This document shows, in pieces, positions 1 through 9,614 of a stretch of DNA of 64,000 nt. Origin of the DNA: Candidatus Cloacimonadales bacterium (GTDB lineage Bacteria; Cloacimonadota; Cloacimonadia; Cloacimonadales; JAFGVF01); NCBI GenBank assembly GCA_963677495.2, contig CAXXOU010000001.1, forward strand, positions 608,001 through 672,000, in the 5' to 3' direction. The position numbers and the translations under genes are program-made. A model generated the notes under the pieces. The model saw only the letters and a list, made by a program, of their open reading frames with translations. It did not search any database and had not been told where the DNA came from. Position 1 is the stretch's first letter, and each line of letters begins with the position of its first letter.

Positions 1-383
1 CTACGACCATAAACCTTATCAATGAGCTTCACAGGAATAAGACTAAAGGCAAGCATCCCCATCGCAATTAGCACAGAGAACCCTTCGTTCAATCCCACAG
101 CCGTTCCAATTATATATCCAAGTATCATAAAAAGCACCGGTACAAGGAACACAAACAGGGCTGAGAGCACTTTTGAACCACTAATCAACTCAATTCTCAC
201 CTTGTCATTAACCTTCACTTTATCGGATGCTTTTGCACTGAATTTAATGTTCTTTTTTGTAGAACCACAAACCAGACTCATTGAGCATGAGGAACAACCT
301 CCACCGGCTATCACCTCAACTTCTGCGATTCCTTTCTTTATAGACCGTACAATCCCTACGCTATCAGCGGATTCAGTACTCAT
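1..383 (-). CDS. RseC/MucC-family (SoxR-reducing system) membrane protein, 3' end beyond the window edge
   Basis: Not in the ORF track. Manual translation from ATG at 383: MSTESADSVGIVRSIKKGIAEVEVIAGGGCSSCSMSLVCG..., a CxxCxxxxxC motif followed by two hydrophobic helices. Confidence 0.75.
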   Translation of the reverse strand, partial: MSTESADSVGIVRSIKKGIAEVEVIAGGGCSSCSMSLVCGSTKKNIKFSAKASDKVKVNDKVRIELISGSKVLSALFVFLVPVLFMILGYIIGTAVGLNEGFSVLIAMGMLAFSLIPVKLIDKVYGR

Positions 384-500
384 TATTTACGTCCTTTTAT
401 AACTTTCTGTTTCCAACAAAAATTGGTTCCAGCAATAAATCAAGTTATTTCATAGTAAATTGATATATGTAATTGAATTTGTGATATTTGCAATGTATCT

Positions 501-580
501 TTTGGAGTGCATCAACTGCGTAGATGCGTCTTGTCACGAAAATAAAACCTTCGTAATGGTCCCTAGACCTTCCGAATGGT
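501..580. repeat. Two REP-like palindromic modules (501-527 and 547-580)
   Basis: Reverse-complement copies at 3364-3390 (25/27 identical) and 3461-3494. Confidence 0.7.
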
Positions 581-663
581 TGCCCCACTAAGAAACTAAC
601 TCGGACTTGCACCAGTCTTCGTTTAAAAAACTACACCCGGCTGGTCGCAAAGAAGTGTTTCGG

Positions 664-803
664 ATATCAGCACCTTGTGTGCTGAACAACAATAGCTATG
701 GGTGCAACCCATTATGAATTGTGTTCCTATATCAGCACCTTGTGTGCTGAACATGAATAGCTATGGGTGCAAACCCATAGAATCCCCAGCCCAATATGGG
801 CTG
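664..803 (+). repeat. Tandem double-hairpin REP-like units, 65-bp period
   Basis: TCAGCAC-cttgt-GTGCTGA...aatagCTATGGGT-gcaa-(A)CCCAT at 667 and 732; third hairpin CAGCCCA-ata-TGGGCTG at 787-803. Confidence 0.8.
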
Positions 804-897
804 AATTATCTCCCCTCAACCCCTAAATATCTTATCATTATGATATTGAAGAAACTCAAAGTAAGAATTATATCAACAATAATTTAAACTCAATATG

Positions 898-2025
898 CTA
901 TATAGTTGCAATGAAGTCATCAAAACTTCCAAGCTTAGCAAAGTTGATTTCATATGAACCATCTTCTAGTTTATCAATTCTAACCGAATCAACACCAACT
1001 CTCTGCAAAATATCATTTGTAACTAAAGTTCCTTCAGATAGTCTAAGAACATCTCTTAATATCCATTCACCTAACTCTCTGTTGCTATATGACATCAATG
1101 CCTTTCCTCCATCCTGACAAACTTTCGCTTGCAAATCATTACCGGTTGGAAGTTTCAACTGAAAAGGGGTATTCCTATCTGGAAAGAAGTTTGGAACTTT
1201 TCTTCTAACAACAATTGGGATTGGAATATATACCTCATTGGGGTGTCTTTTTCTACCCTTGGCATTCCATTGATTAAGACCACTTCTTTCTTCAACATTA
1301 CCCCTACTTCCATATAACGGCAAATAAACAGTTTGTATAATCTTTGCAGAGTGTTGTCCGTTTTCATTAATACTACCCAACAATGCCCTTAATACTTCTA
1401 ATGGATCATCAAGAATTGCTATTGGTATCTGCTCAATGATATTATCTGTTGTAAACCTTTTAAACAAAGTACTCTTGGAGTGGAGGAATTTGTACTCATG
1501 AATACCATCATTAAACATTATAGATTTAGAATTATCAGAAGTGATATCTATATCACCAAGCATAATTGAATCCATGCTTTCTTCATATATATTATAAACA
1601 CCTTCATCTCTGACAACACAATGATACATTAAGCTATCCAATGAGAACAAATTAGAAGTAAAATCTAATCTTGCATTCCTTAAATCAGATATTTTTTGAA
1701 TTTTTTTTAGAGTAGAAAGGTCTCGGTAGCTAATTATGTCTTTGTTAAATTCAGCAATTTTTTGAAAACTATTTTCACTTTTTGGAGCAAAAGTTTTTAA
1801 TCCTATACCTAATTGACCCATCTGTGCATCAACAGACACATCACCTCTCGAAAGGTCCCTAGCAGTAAATGCTTTGCAAAAAATCTTTTCAGCTAACCTA
1901 TAATACAAGTAGGGAGTTTTTGATTCAGAGAACATATTAGATAATGCTCCAACAATTTTCAAAAGTTCACGATATTCTCTTTTGTTGTATTCAGGCTGAT
2001 TTGAAAAGAACAATCTATTCTCCAA
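898..2025 (-). CDS. Type II restriction endonuclease, probably NgoFVII family
   Basis: Directly downstream of and overlapping a C5 methyltransferase; D-x8-GLKTF (PD-D/ExK-like) and SGLNQWNAKGRKRHPNEVYIPIP motifs. Confidence 0.8.
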   Translation of the reverse strand: MENRLFFSNQPEYNKREYRELLKIVGALSNMFSESKTPYLYYRLAEKIFCKAFTARDLSRGDVSVDAQMGQLGIGLKTFAPKSENSFQKIAEFNKDIISYRDLSTLKKIQKISDLRNARLDFTSNLFSLDSLMYHCVVRDEGVYNIYEESMDSIMLGDIDITSDNSKSIMFNDGIHEYKFLHSKSTLFKRFTTDNIIEQIPIAILDDPLEVLRALLGSINENGQHSAKIIQTVYLPLYGSRGNVEERSGLNQWNAKGRKRHPNEVYIPIPIVVRRKVPNFFPDRNTPFQLKLPTGNDLQAKVCQDGGKALMSYSNRELGEWILRDVLRLSEGTLVTNDILQRVGVDSVRIDKLEDGSYEINFAKLGSFDDFIATI

Positions 2026-2971
2026 GTGCTATCATGATTTTTTTAGCTATACGTTCAATAACTGGTATTGAAACTGAATTACCAAACTGTTTGTACAAGT
2101 GAGAGTCAGCAATACTAGGTAGCTTATAATCGTTAGGAAAACCTTGAAAGTTTGCACATTCTCGTGGAGTTAACTTTCTTATCCCCTTAGAATCCTTTAT
2201 AATTGGAACATTATGACCGCCTGTACCCATGTTCGCAGTCAACGTTGGACACACACCAGCTTTATTCTCTCTAACATATTTCCTACGCCACTGGTATATT
2301 TTATTTGAATCAATAACGTCGTTCTTAATTCTTTCGAAAAGAGGTTTGTCATTATAATAATACTTTGACTCTACGTCACTTTCAAGACAATCATGAATCG
2401 TTTTAGTAAGCTTTATTTTTGCTGGGAAACGAAATCTATTATACTCATTTTCATCTAAAAATCCGACTATATAAATTCTTTCTCTGTTTTGAGGTAGGTC
2501 TCCGTATTCCATTGTATTCATTACCTTATCAGTAACATAATAACCTAACCTTTTCAACTCCTGATAGATGACTTTAATTGTATGCCCCTTATCATGTGTT
2601 TTGAGGTTTTTCACGTTTTCTAGCAGAATTGCTCTTGGACGTCTTCTCTCAAGTATTCTAACTATGTCAAAAAAGAGATTACCTCGTCCATCTTTATCCT
2701 GAAATCCTTCACGATAACCTGCAATAGAAAATGGTTGGCAAGGGAATCCGCCTGTTAAAATTTCAAACTCAGGTAATATATGCTCATCTATCTGGGATAT
2801 ATCACCAAGATATAACTCAGTAGAATACTCAAAATCTTTAGCGAAATTGCTATCAAATGTCAATTTACAATGCTTATCTATATCATTGGAGAAAACACAA
2901 GAAAATCCAGCATTTTCAAACCCAATCTTTACTCCGCCTATACCTGCAAATAAATCAATAAATCTAATCAT
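2015..2971 (-). CDS. DNA (cytosine-5)-methyltransferase
   Basis: Motifs FAGIGG, GFPCQPFS, ENVKNL, QNRERIY, LTPREC, QFGNSV. Confidence 0.97.
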   Translation of the reverse strand: MIRFIDLFAGIGGVKIGFENAGFSCVFSNDIDKHCKLTFDSNFAKDFEYSTELYLGDISQIDEHILPEFEILTGGFPCQPFSIAGYREGFQDKDGRGNLFFDIVRILERRRPRAILLENVKNLKTHDKGHTIKVIYQELKRLGYYVTDKVMNTMEYGDLPQNRERIYIVGFLDENEYNRFRFPAKIKLTKTIHDCLESDVESKYYYNDKPLFERIKNDVIDSNKIYQWRRKYVRENKAGVCPTLTANMGTGGHNVPIIKDSKGIRKLTPRECANFQGFPNDYKLPSIADSHLYKQFGNSVSIPVIERIAKKIMIALGE

Positions 2972-3097
2972 GTTTAATTAATTTATACTATCCACATAAT
3001 GTCAAGCATTAAGTATTACTTAACAGTAGATTTAACCTTGCTGAGTGTAATTATTGCTTCGTAACACACTTCAATGCACATAACATCCTATTGATTC

Positions 3098-3663
3098 TTC
3101 TCTTTTACTACTCACCCGTTCCCCGTTAGCTTCCCGTTAGCTCCCCGTTAGAAACTCGTTACGGGGGATGGGAATTGGATTTGGAATAGATTGGAAGTTG
3201 ATGTAATCAGGGAATATAGTAAGAAAGTACATAATAATTTGAATTTGGGTTAGGGATGTCTGACTTCTTGCAGAGACAAACGAAGTTTTTTTAGATTGTT
3301 ATAAGAGCGTCATTCTGATTGTCTAGGACCAGAAGGTAGATATTGGATGATTAGTTACTAAGTGCATCTACACAGTTGATGCAGTCCAAATGGAAAGAAC
3401 CTTGAGGAAAACACCCCACCGTAAACGGCACCCCTCTGTAAGAGGGGAATCAATAAGAGCACCATTGAGAAGGTCTAAGGTCCATCCGCAAGGTGCTAAT
3501 GAACCTTCATTGCGCTGTCATAATAAATAGGCAAAACTAATAACTTTCCGGGTAGTCTCTTGGGGCTCTCCTATTAAAATCAATAAGAGACTACTAGGAA
3601 AATGACAGGATACAGATAGCTGAGGGATGTGAATTATGAGAGAGCAATGAGACTGCCAAGATA
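3098..3663 (+). repeat. Composite non-coding element, copy A (family 2)
   Basis: Collinear blocks match the reverse complement of 49340-49725; 11-bp-phased CCCGTT and GAT arrays at 3122-3202. Confidence 0.8.
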
Positions 3664-3676
3664 TGGGTGACTCATT

Positions 3677-3694
3677 GCGGACAGGGATGTCCGC
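3677..3694 (+). repeat. REP-like palindrome GCGGACAGGGATGTCCGC
   Basis: Reverse-complement copy at 62378-62395. Confidence 0.7.
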
Positions 3695-3706
3695 GTACCC
3701 GGTAAT

Positions 3707-3735
3707 AAAAAAAGGGCTCAAGAAATTGAGCCCTT
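3707..3735 (-). terminator. Intrinsic terminator of the rpmH...jag operon
   Basis: AAGGGCTCAA-gaaa-TTGAGCCCTT hairpin with a U-tract on the minus strand. Confidence 0.85.
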
Positions 3736-3757
3736 ACAATAGTTAAATATTTAGTTC

Positions 3758-4204
3758 TTAGATTTCTGAGCTATAGTTTTGTCCTGTTATCATCTTCTTC
3801 ACGAGAGGAATAACACCCTTATCGGACTTATCAATCTCAGCTTCAGCTTCTTTGACTGCTTGTTGCCAGTAGGTTGTGAAACCACGCTCCTTCTCAAAGA
3901 GAATTTCAAGTGCACGGTTATACACCATTAGGTTCCTAAGTTCTGAGCGGGATGGTTTTGTCTGCCAGGTTTTCACAGTAGTTTGAAGGTTTAGGTTAAC
4001 CTCTTTTAACTGCTCAAGTTCTTTAGACAAAGCATTATTACCTTTCGCATTAATCTCCATCTGCGTGTTTAGAAACTCTTTAAGCTTCTTCATCTCACGC
4101 TTGTAAGAACCTACTTTAAATAGTGCGTTTAACCAAACAATTATAACCACAACCAAGCCAATTAAAAGGCCTTGAACGAATGGATTCATTATAAGATCTT
4201 TCAT
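3758..4204 (-). CDS. Hypothetical membrane-anchored coiled-coil protein
   Basis: 148 aa, N-terminal TM helix, GAGG RBS. Confidence 0.8.
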   Translation of the reverse strand: MKDLIMNPFVQGLLIGLVVVIIVWLNALFKVGSYKREMKKLKEFLNTQMEINAKGNNALSKELEQLKEVNLNLQTTVKTWQTKPSRSELRNLMVYNRALEILFEKERGFTTYWQQAVKEAEAEIDKSDKGVIPLVKKMITGQNYSSEI

Positions 4205-4215
4205 AGATACCTCAC

Positions 4216-4986
4216 TTACTTAGACCACAACTCCGGGTCATGACTGAAATAGATTGTGTATCCTTTTTTCAGGATATACTCTTTAGCTTTGAATGAATCT
4301 TTTCTTGAAATATCATACGCAGAAATAATCGGTGGAATCAGATGATGCTGAGTAGGAATGATGTCTCCGGCCCAAATCGCTTGAATATCCTCATTGTCTA
4401 TTTCAACAATCTGGAAGCCTTCAGTGTGGCCACCAACCTTAATTACTCTTATGCCGTCAAACAGTTCGGAATCACCTTTAACAAGGCTCATCTTTCCTTT
4501 CTCTTCGAGAAGTGAAAGATCACGTTCGAAGTCATATGCGGCTTTATTAAGCGCATCAGGGTTTCGTGCTATAAGCCACTCTGCTTCCTGAGTCCAATGT
4601 GTTGCATTTGGAAAGGTAAGTTGCTCTTTCCCATCAATTACAGAAACAACTCCACCTGCATGGTCAAAATGCAGATGTGTAAGAATTACATCAGTGATAT
4701 CTTCTCTGGAATATCCTGCATCCTTTAGCGAGTGGAACATCTCATAATCGGAATAAGCGTAGATCTTCTTGAGCTTCTCAGGAAGCTTGTTTCCTATTCC
4801 TGTATCGATTATAACTTTATGATTAGGAGTGACAATCAACAACAAGTTGATTCTGATTCTCTGTCTGTGTTTTGCATCTACCTCTATTGATTTCTCCCAG
4901 AGCGCACGTGGCATAACACCCATTGATGCACCTGCGTCAGTTGAGTAGTAGCCGGCACAGATAGGAATCAGTTTGATATTACTCAC
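4216..4986 (-). CDS. MBL-fold metallo-hydrolase (YtnP-like)
   Basis: THLHFDHAGG motif, DAGASMGVMPRALW; probable GTG start at 4986 overlapping the jag stop. Confidence 0.9.
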   Translation of the reverse strand: MSNIKLIPICAGYYSTDAGASMGVMPRALWEKSIEVDAKHRQRIRINLLLIVTPNHKVIIDTGIGNKLPEKLKKIYAYSDYEMFHSLKDAGYSREDITDVILTHLHFDHAGGVVSVIDGKEQLTFPNATHWTQEAEWLIARNPDALNKAAYDFERDLSLLEEKGKMSLVKGDSELFDGIRVIKVGGHTEGFQIVEIDNEDIQAIWAGDIIPTQHHLIPPIISAYDISRKDSFKAKEYILKKGYTIYFSHDPELWSK

Positions 4987-5893
4987 TCTTTTCCTGTCTT
5001 CTGTTACTGTTGTGATTGCTATGATTGCTGTTATTGTTTCTTCTAGGACGGTAGTTACTGCTTTTTCTTCTACGGTTGTCACTTGAAGGTCTGTTTCTAT
5101 CACGATTTCTATCGTTTCTTTCAGGTCTCTCACCCCTATCAGATCTTTCCTTACGTTCACCACGGTCATGACGATCATTACGGTCGTTAGGACGTCTACC
5201 ATTAGTTGGTTTTCTACGTGGTCTACGCTTATCGCGATAGGTCATATGTTTGAAATCTTCTTCAGAAGCCTGATCTTTGTTGAAGACAACCACATTCTTT
5301 AATTTTCCGTCACCAATAGTAAGTGTCGATAAGCCTGAAATCTTCTCAACCTCACGATGTACAATACGTCTGCTGCCAGCATCAAGGCTGAAGATAGTTA
5401 TATACTTCTTTTCCATAGACTGGAAATTAGCGATCTGCTTGGCTATACGCTGCCTAAACTGCTCTTTCTGTCTCTCCCTGTAGTTATCGACATCAAGCAG
5501 GATTTTACCAACAGTTTTATGCTCTTCAAAAACTCTGTTTAATAGATATTGAAGCTGGTCGATAAAGCGACCATCTTTTCCAACAAGTAAACCCACATCA
5601 GAGCGTGGATAGATTCTTACGTAGAATGCTTTGTCCTCAATACTCATCTCTATGTTTGGCTTTTCGATCTGCATCTTTTCGAAAAGTTCAACTAAGAAAC
5701 TCTCAACCATCTCATCCGGATCTTGTAGTTTAAATTTTACAACTGCCTGTTTATTTCCAAAGATTCCTAAAAATCCCTTCGCTGCTTCCTGTTTAATTTC
5801 ATAACTGAAGTCGCGTTTTGAAAGACCTTTCTCTTTCATAAATTCATTGATAACTTCCTCTACGGAGTTACCTTTCATCGTAATTGTTTTCAT
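4979..5893 (-). CDS. jag: Jag/EloR (KhpB) RNA-binding protein
   Basis: Jag_N (KGFLGIFG), KH and R3H (RRIVH) domains, R/D/N-rich tail, position after yidC. Confidence 0.92.
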   Translation of the reverse strand: MKTITMKGNSVEEVINEFMKEKGLSKRDFSYEIKQEAAKGFLGIFGNKQAVVKFKLQDPDEMVESFLVELFEKMQIEKPNIEMSIEDKAFYVRIYPRSDVGLLVGKDGRFIDQLQYLLNRVFEEHKTVGKILLDVDNYRERQKEQFRQRIAKQIANFQSMEKKYITIFSLDAGSRRIVHREVEKISGLSTLTIGDGKLKNVVVFNKDQASEEDFKHMTYRDKRRPRRKPTNGRRPNDRNDRHDRGERKERSDRGERPERNDRNRDRNRPSSDNRRRKSSNYRPRRNNNSNHSNHNSNRRQEKSE

Positions 5894-5899
5894 ATATTG

Positions 5900-7516
5900 C
5901 TATCCCTGTAATCTTTTTTTAATGTAGAATTGTTGAACAATTGAGAGTATGTTCATTGTAGTCCAATAGAGAACCAAGCCAGCAGGCATATTGCGGAAAA
6001 TGAAGAACATCATTACCGGCATAACATAGAGCATCATCTTCTGAGACTGCATCATAGCTGCTTGTTTCTCATCCACCTCACCTTTTTCATTAGTCATAGG
6101 TTTTGGTGTCATCATCTTCTGTTGAAGGAACATCATTACTGCCATAATAATAGGCAGAATGAATAATTTGTCAGGCTCTGAAAGATCGGTAATATAACCT
6201 ACGAAACCTGCCTGACGCATATCAAGGGAATAGCGAAGTACATTATAAAGGGCGATGAAAATCGGCATTTGTAATAGTAAAGGTAAGCAACCACCAAATG
6301 GAGACACCCCGTGTTCCTTATAGACCTTTTGAAGCTCTTCCTGCATTCTTTTAGGGTCGCTTTTGTAACGGGCTTGAACATCCTTAATCAGAGGTTGAAC
6401 CTTTTGCATTTTCTGTCCGGATTCAAAACTCTTATGAGTTAACGGATAAAGAACAGCTTTAAGTAAAATAGCGAGAATAATTAACACGATACCATAGTTA
6501 GGGATATATTTGTGTAGCCACTTGAGGAAAGCAGCAAAAACACCTGCTAATGGTTTAAGCCATTTGTATCCTCTTTCTACAACTGAATCAATACCCACAT
6601 TGAACTTTTTGAGTTCATCAACATCAGATGGTCCAAAATATAGTCTGTAATTATCTGCTAAGCTTCTGCTGTAATCAACATTGCGGACTTTTAAAACAAA
6701 AGCCGGACTCTCGTTTTCACGGAATGCAGTAATCTGGTTTGACTGAATCGCTTTGTCAGGAATGATTCCTAAAAGGAAGTATTTAGATCTTGTTACAGCC
6801 CAATCAGTTTTACCGGAAAACTCTTTAATAGCTTTGATCTTGCTGAGAGTAAGGGACTCAACAGCATTGTTAATCTGAGCTATGAATTTGTAGTCCATAC
6901 GTTTGTTTTTAACATAGTTTTCTGTGTCATTGATACCACAACCGAAATCGATGTCATAACCCTGAACAGCAGCCATACCATTCATGTCAACGGTCATACC
7001 AAGTGCATAGTTATCCATGATTGTGAATGTTTTCTCAAAAACACGTGTATTCTCACTCTCCAAATAGAATGTAACAGAGTTGCCACGCTCAGCAACAGAA
7101 TGCTTGAATACCATTTCCGAAAGAGGAGTTACGTCCTTTTCATCAATCAGTGTAAGTCCACCCAGTTCAGAATTCTCAGGAATAAGCTGAACAGGACTAT
7201 CATCACTCATATGGAAGTCGGTAAGGTAAACTTTGTGTACTGTGGCTCCTTTATTGGAGAAGTAGATTTTCATTTTATCATTAGCGATATAAATGTCGCT
7301 AGTAACTGCTATATCATTATTAACATCTAATGTTAGGTTCTCAGTATTAACAACAACAGGTTTCTCTGTTGCTTTTGGTGCAGCTTCAACTTCTGCTGCA
7401 ACTGTTTGAGTATCTACAGCCTTTGGCTGCTCAGTTTTGTTTTTCCAAATAAACTGTGTGCTCACAAAATAGATCGCTACCATAATAATGACAGCTAATA
7501 GGGTTCTTCTATCCAA
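5900..7516 (-). CDS. yidC: Membrane protein insertase YidC
   Basis: GGCLPLLLQMPIFIALY, PAGLVLYW; conserved synteny. Confidence 0.97.
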   Translation of the reverse strand: MDRRTLLAVIIMVAIYFVSTQFIWKNKTEQPKAVDTQTVAAEVEAAPKATEKPVVVNTENLTLDVNNDIAVTSDIYIANDKMKIYFSNKGATVHKVYLTDFHMSDDSPVQLIPENSELGGLTLIDEKDVTPLSEMVFKHSVAERGNSVTFYLESENTRVFEKTFTIMDNYALGMTVDMNGMAAVQGYDIDFGCGINDTENYVKNKRMDYKFIAQINNAVESLTLSKIKAIKEFSGKTDWAVTRSKYFLLGIIPDKAIQSNQITAFRENESPAFVLKVRNVDYSRSLADNYRLYFGPSDVDELKKFNVGIDSVVERGYKWLKPLAGVFAAFLKWLHKYIPNYGIVLIILAILLKAVLYPLTHKSFESGQKMQKVQPLIKDVQARYKSDPKRMQEELQKVYKEHGVSPFGGCLPLLLQMPIFIALYNVLRYSLDMRQAGFVGYITDLSEPDKLFILPIIMAVMMFLQQKMMTPKPMTNEKGEVDEKQAAMMQSQKMMLYVMPVMMFFIFRNMPAGLVLYWTTMNILSIVQQFYIKKRLQG

Positions 7517-7537
7517 AATTATACTCCTGAAAAATAT

Positions 7538-7756
7538 TTAGGGTAACGGGTCAAATCCGCCCGGATGAAATGGATGACACTTAAGAATGCGTCTGATTGA
7601 TAAATAAAGTGCCTTAAAGAAGTTATACTTCTTGAAAGCTTGCATTGAATAGGTGCTACATGTTGGTGTAAATCTGCATGAAGGGGGAAGTATTGGGGAG
7701 ATGAAACGTTTATAAATGGTTATAAGAAAGATGAACAGGTTATTGAAAATTCTCAT
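7538..7756 (-). CDS. yidD: Membrane protein insertion efficiency factor
   Basis: [27 protein letters not shown]. Confidence 0.97.
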   Translation of the reverse strand: MRIFNNLFIFLITIYKRFISPILPPSCRFTPTCSTYSMQAFKKYNFFKALYLSIRRILKCHPFHPGGFDPLP

Positions 7757-7760
7757 TCAT

Positions 7761-8087
7761 TCACCTGGGTTCTAAACGCTTAAACAGCTTTTCCAAATCT
7801 TCATAGAGATTCTTCCAACTAGCTTTACTAACTCTGTTGAGAGCAATTATGTTTACTGCTGTATTACCGGGAAAAGATCTTTTCGTCTCCCGCAGCCAAG
7901 CCTTAACTCTTCTTTTAATAAGGTTTCTTGTAACTGCGTTTCCTACCTTTTTGCTTACAGTTATTCCCAGTGAAAATTCAGATTGCTCCCGATTTTCTAA
8001 AATTGCTACAATAAAGAATTGGGAACGAATAGTCTTTCTACAATCGTGAAACAGAAGATATTCGCTCCTCTTCTTTAAAAAAAGCAT
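7761..8087 (-). CDS. rnpA: RNase P protein component
   Basis: GITVSKKVGNAVTRNLIKRR motif. Confidence 0.95.
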   Translation of the reverse strand: MLFLKKRSEYLLFHDCRKTIRSQFFIVAILENREQSEFSLGITVSKKVGNAVTRNLIKRRVKAWLRETKRSFPGNTAVNIIALNRVSKASWKNLYEDLEKLFKRLEPR

Positions 8088-8097
8088 TAATTAAAAG

Positions 8098-8232
8098 CTA
8101 TACAGTAAGAGTTTTTCTACCTTTAGCACGTCTTCTACTTAAGACTTTGCGTCCGGCAGCTGTACTCATTCTTTCACGGAATCCGTGTTTGTTTTTTCTT
8201 TTTCTGTTGTGTGGTTGGTATGTTCTTTTCAT
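8098..8232 (-). CDS. rpmH: 50S ribosomal protein L34
   Basis: Below the ORF-track cutoff; [44 protein letters not shown] with AGGAG RBS. Confidence 0.98.
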   Translation of the reverse strand: MKRTYQPHNRKRKNKHGFRERMSTAAGRKVLSRRRAKGRKTLTV

Positions 8233-8343
8233 TTATAACTCCTTAAAAATAATCATGTTTTATAGAGATTGTACAAATTCCGTTACTTAGAACAGGTGTC
8301 AAGTAAAAAATAATAACTTTAACTACTACAATCATTTACACTT

Positions 8344-8898
8344 CTATAGTGTTTTACCTATCCGAAGGGCTTCTTCCATCAGCTCTTCGTTATTCTGAGC
8401 ATCATCAGGATTTATCATTGAGCCTACAAGCATTGAACTGCTTTTTTCCATCTTGAAGAAACGGCTTAACCATGATTGTAAGAACTCTTCAACTGATCTG
8501 TATGTCTCATTGGGAGCACCGGATGTTACTACAGTTATAAACTTCTTTCCCGGAAGAAATCGTACTGTGTAATCCTTTCTACCAAAAGTGTAAAACCTAT
8601 CAATTAACGTTTTCATGGGCCCGGTCACATGTCCAATATAGATTGGAGAGCCTAAAATTATTACATCTGCTTCTACAATCTTAGGATAAATATCCTGAAG
8701 TCCATCTTTTATAACGCAGAAGTTAACCTTCTCATCCTTACATGCTTTACAAGCGATACAGCCTTTTAGCTCCAAGTCATAGACATGTACCATCTCAACT
8801 TCATGACCGTTACTTTTGGCTCCATCCAATATCTTCTGCATTAATGATGCTGTATTCCCTCTTTTACGTGGGCTTCCGTTTAAAGCTAATACTTTCAT
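8344..8898 (-). CDS. Iron-sulfur flavoprotein / NADPH-dependent FMN reductase family
   Basis: NGSPRKRGNT, CIACKAC...C, GSPIY. Confidence 0.9.
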   Translation of the reverse strand: MKVLALNGSPRKRGNTASLMQKILDGAKSNGHEVEMVHVYDLELKGCIACKACKDEKVNFCVIKDGLQDIYPKIVEADVIILGSPIYIGHVTGPMKTLIDRFYTFGRKDYTVRFLPGKKFITVVTSGAPNETYRSVEEFLQSWLSRFFKMEKSSSMLVGSMINPDDAQNNEELMEEALRIGKTL

Positions 8899-9614
8899 TA
8901 TCTTCCTCCTAATAACAACGGTACTACTACTGTAACAACCAAAGCTGACATAATATACAATGTGTCAACAAGCTTCCATTTCACCTCTAACAAAAAGGTC
9001 TTATCCTGATTCAATCCTCTTGAAGAAAGACTCAAACCAGCTTGTGATGAATACCTTCCAGCACTCACTAACAATGGAAAGATAAGCTTTATTGACTTAG
9101 TTTTCTTCCCAAACCTTTGTTTATTAATTAGCCTAATTCTCTTATACTCATCCTTAAGATGATAGAATGCATTAAAAGCCGCTAGCAACGAATATCCTAT
9201 ATGTGTATGAAGCTTAAAATTCTGCATCAATGAAACAACCAGCTTGTTGTACTGTATTGATGTAACATAAGTCAGTGATATCATAGACATGCAGAAACTT
9301 CTAACTGTCAATCTAATTGCATTTTCCCAAGCTGCAGTATATATTACAATATTTCCAAGCCTATAAAGCACTTGAGTTTGCTCTTTATCTGCAGTATTAA
9401 CTAAAGCCGTTACAAAAACTGATAATGTCGGTATCAGCAAAAATGCAAGCAACTTTAACAACAAAGGATTAATTGGATTCCTATGAACAAGCAAGAAAAG
9501 CAATGCTAACGCTAACATTGTCATAAACAATACACTTGAATTTCCAAACAACACAGGTGTAATGAACACAAAGGCAGCTATAAGGACACTTGCTTCGTTC
9601 AATCTTAACTTCAT
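8898..9614 (-). CDS. ECF transporter transmembrane T component (CbiQ/YkoC-like)
   Basis: Multi-TM protein with LVVSLMQNFKL..IGYS and two Arg motifs (QRFG, SSRG). Confidence 0.75.
   Translation of the reverse strand: MKLRLNEASVLIAAFVFITPVLFGNSSVLFMTMLALALLFLLVHRNPINPLLLKLLAFLLIPTLSVFVTALVNTADKEQTQVLYRLGNIVIYTAAWENAIRLTVRSFCMSMISLTYVTSIQYNKLVVSLMQNFKLHTHIGYSLLAAFNAFYHLKDEYKRIRLINKQRFGKKTKSIKLIFPLLVSAGRYSSQAGLSLSSRGLNQDKTFLLEVKWKLVDTLYIMSALVVTVVVPLLLGGR

Noticed and set aside
22..402. 126-aa + strand ORF in the track
   Set aside because: Antisense shadow of the RseC-like gene on the minus strand.
664..803. Possible mini CRISPR array
   Set aside because: Only two ~47-bp units with a ~18-bp partly conserved spacer, double-hairpin structure, and no cas genes.
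4987..5202. N-terminal extension of the MBL hydrolase ORF
   Set aside because: Alternate-frame reading of the low-complexity jag tail; family similarity starts at GTG 4986.
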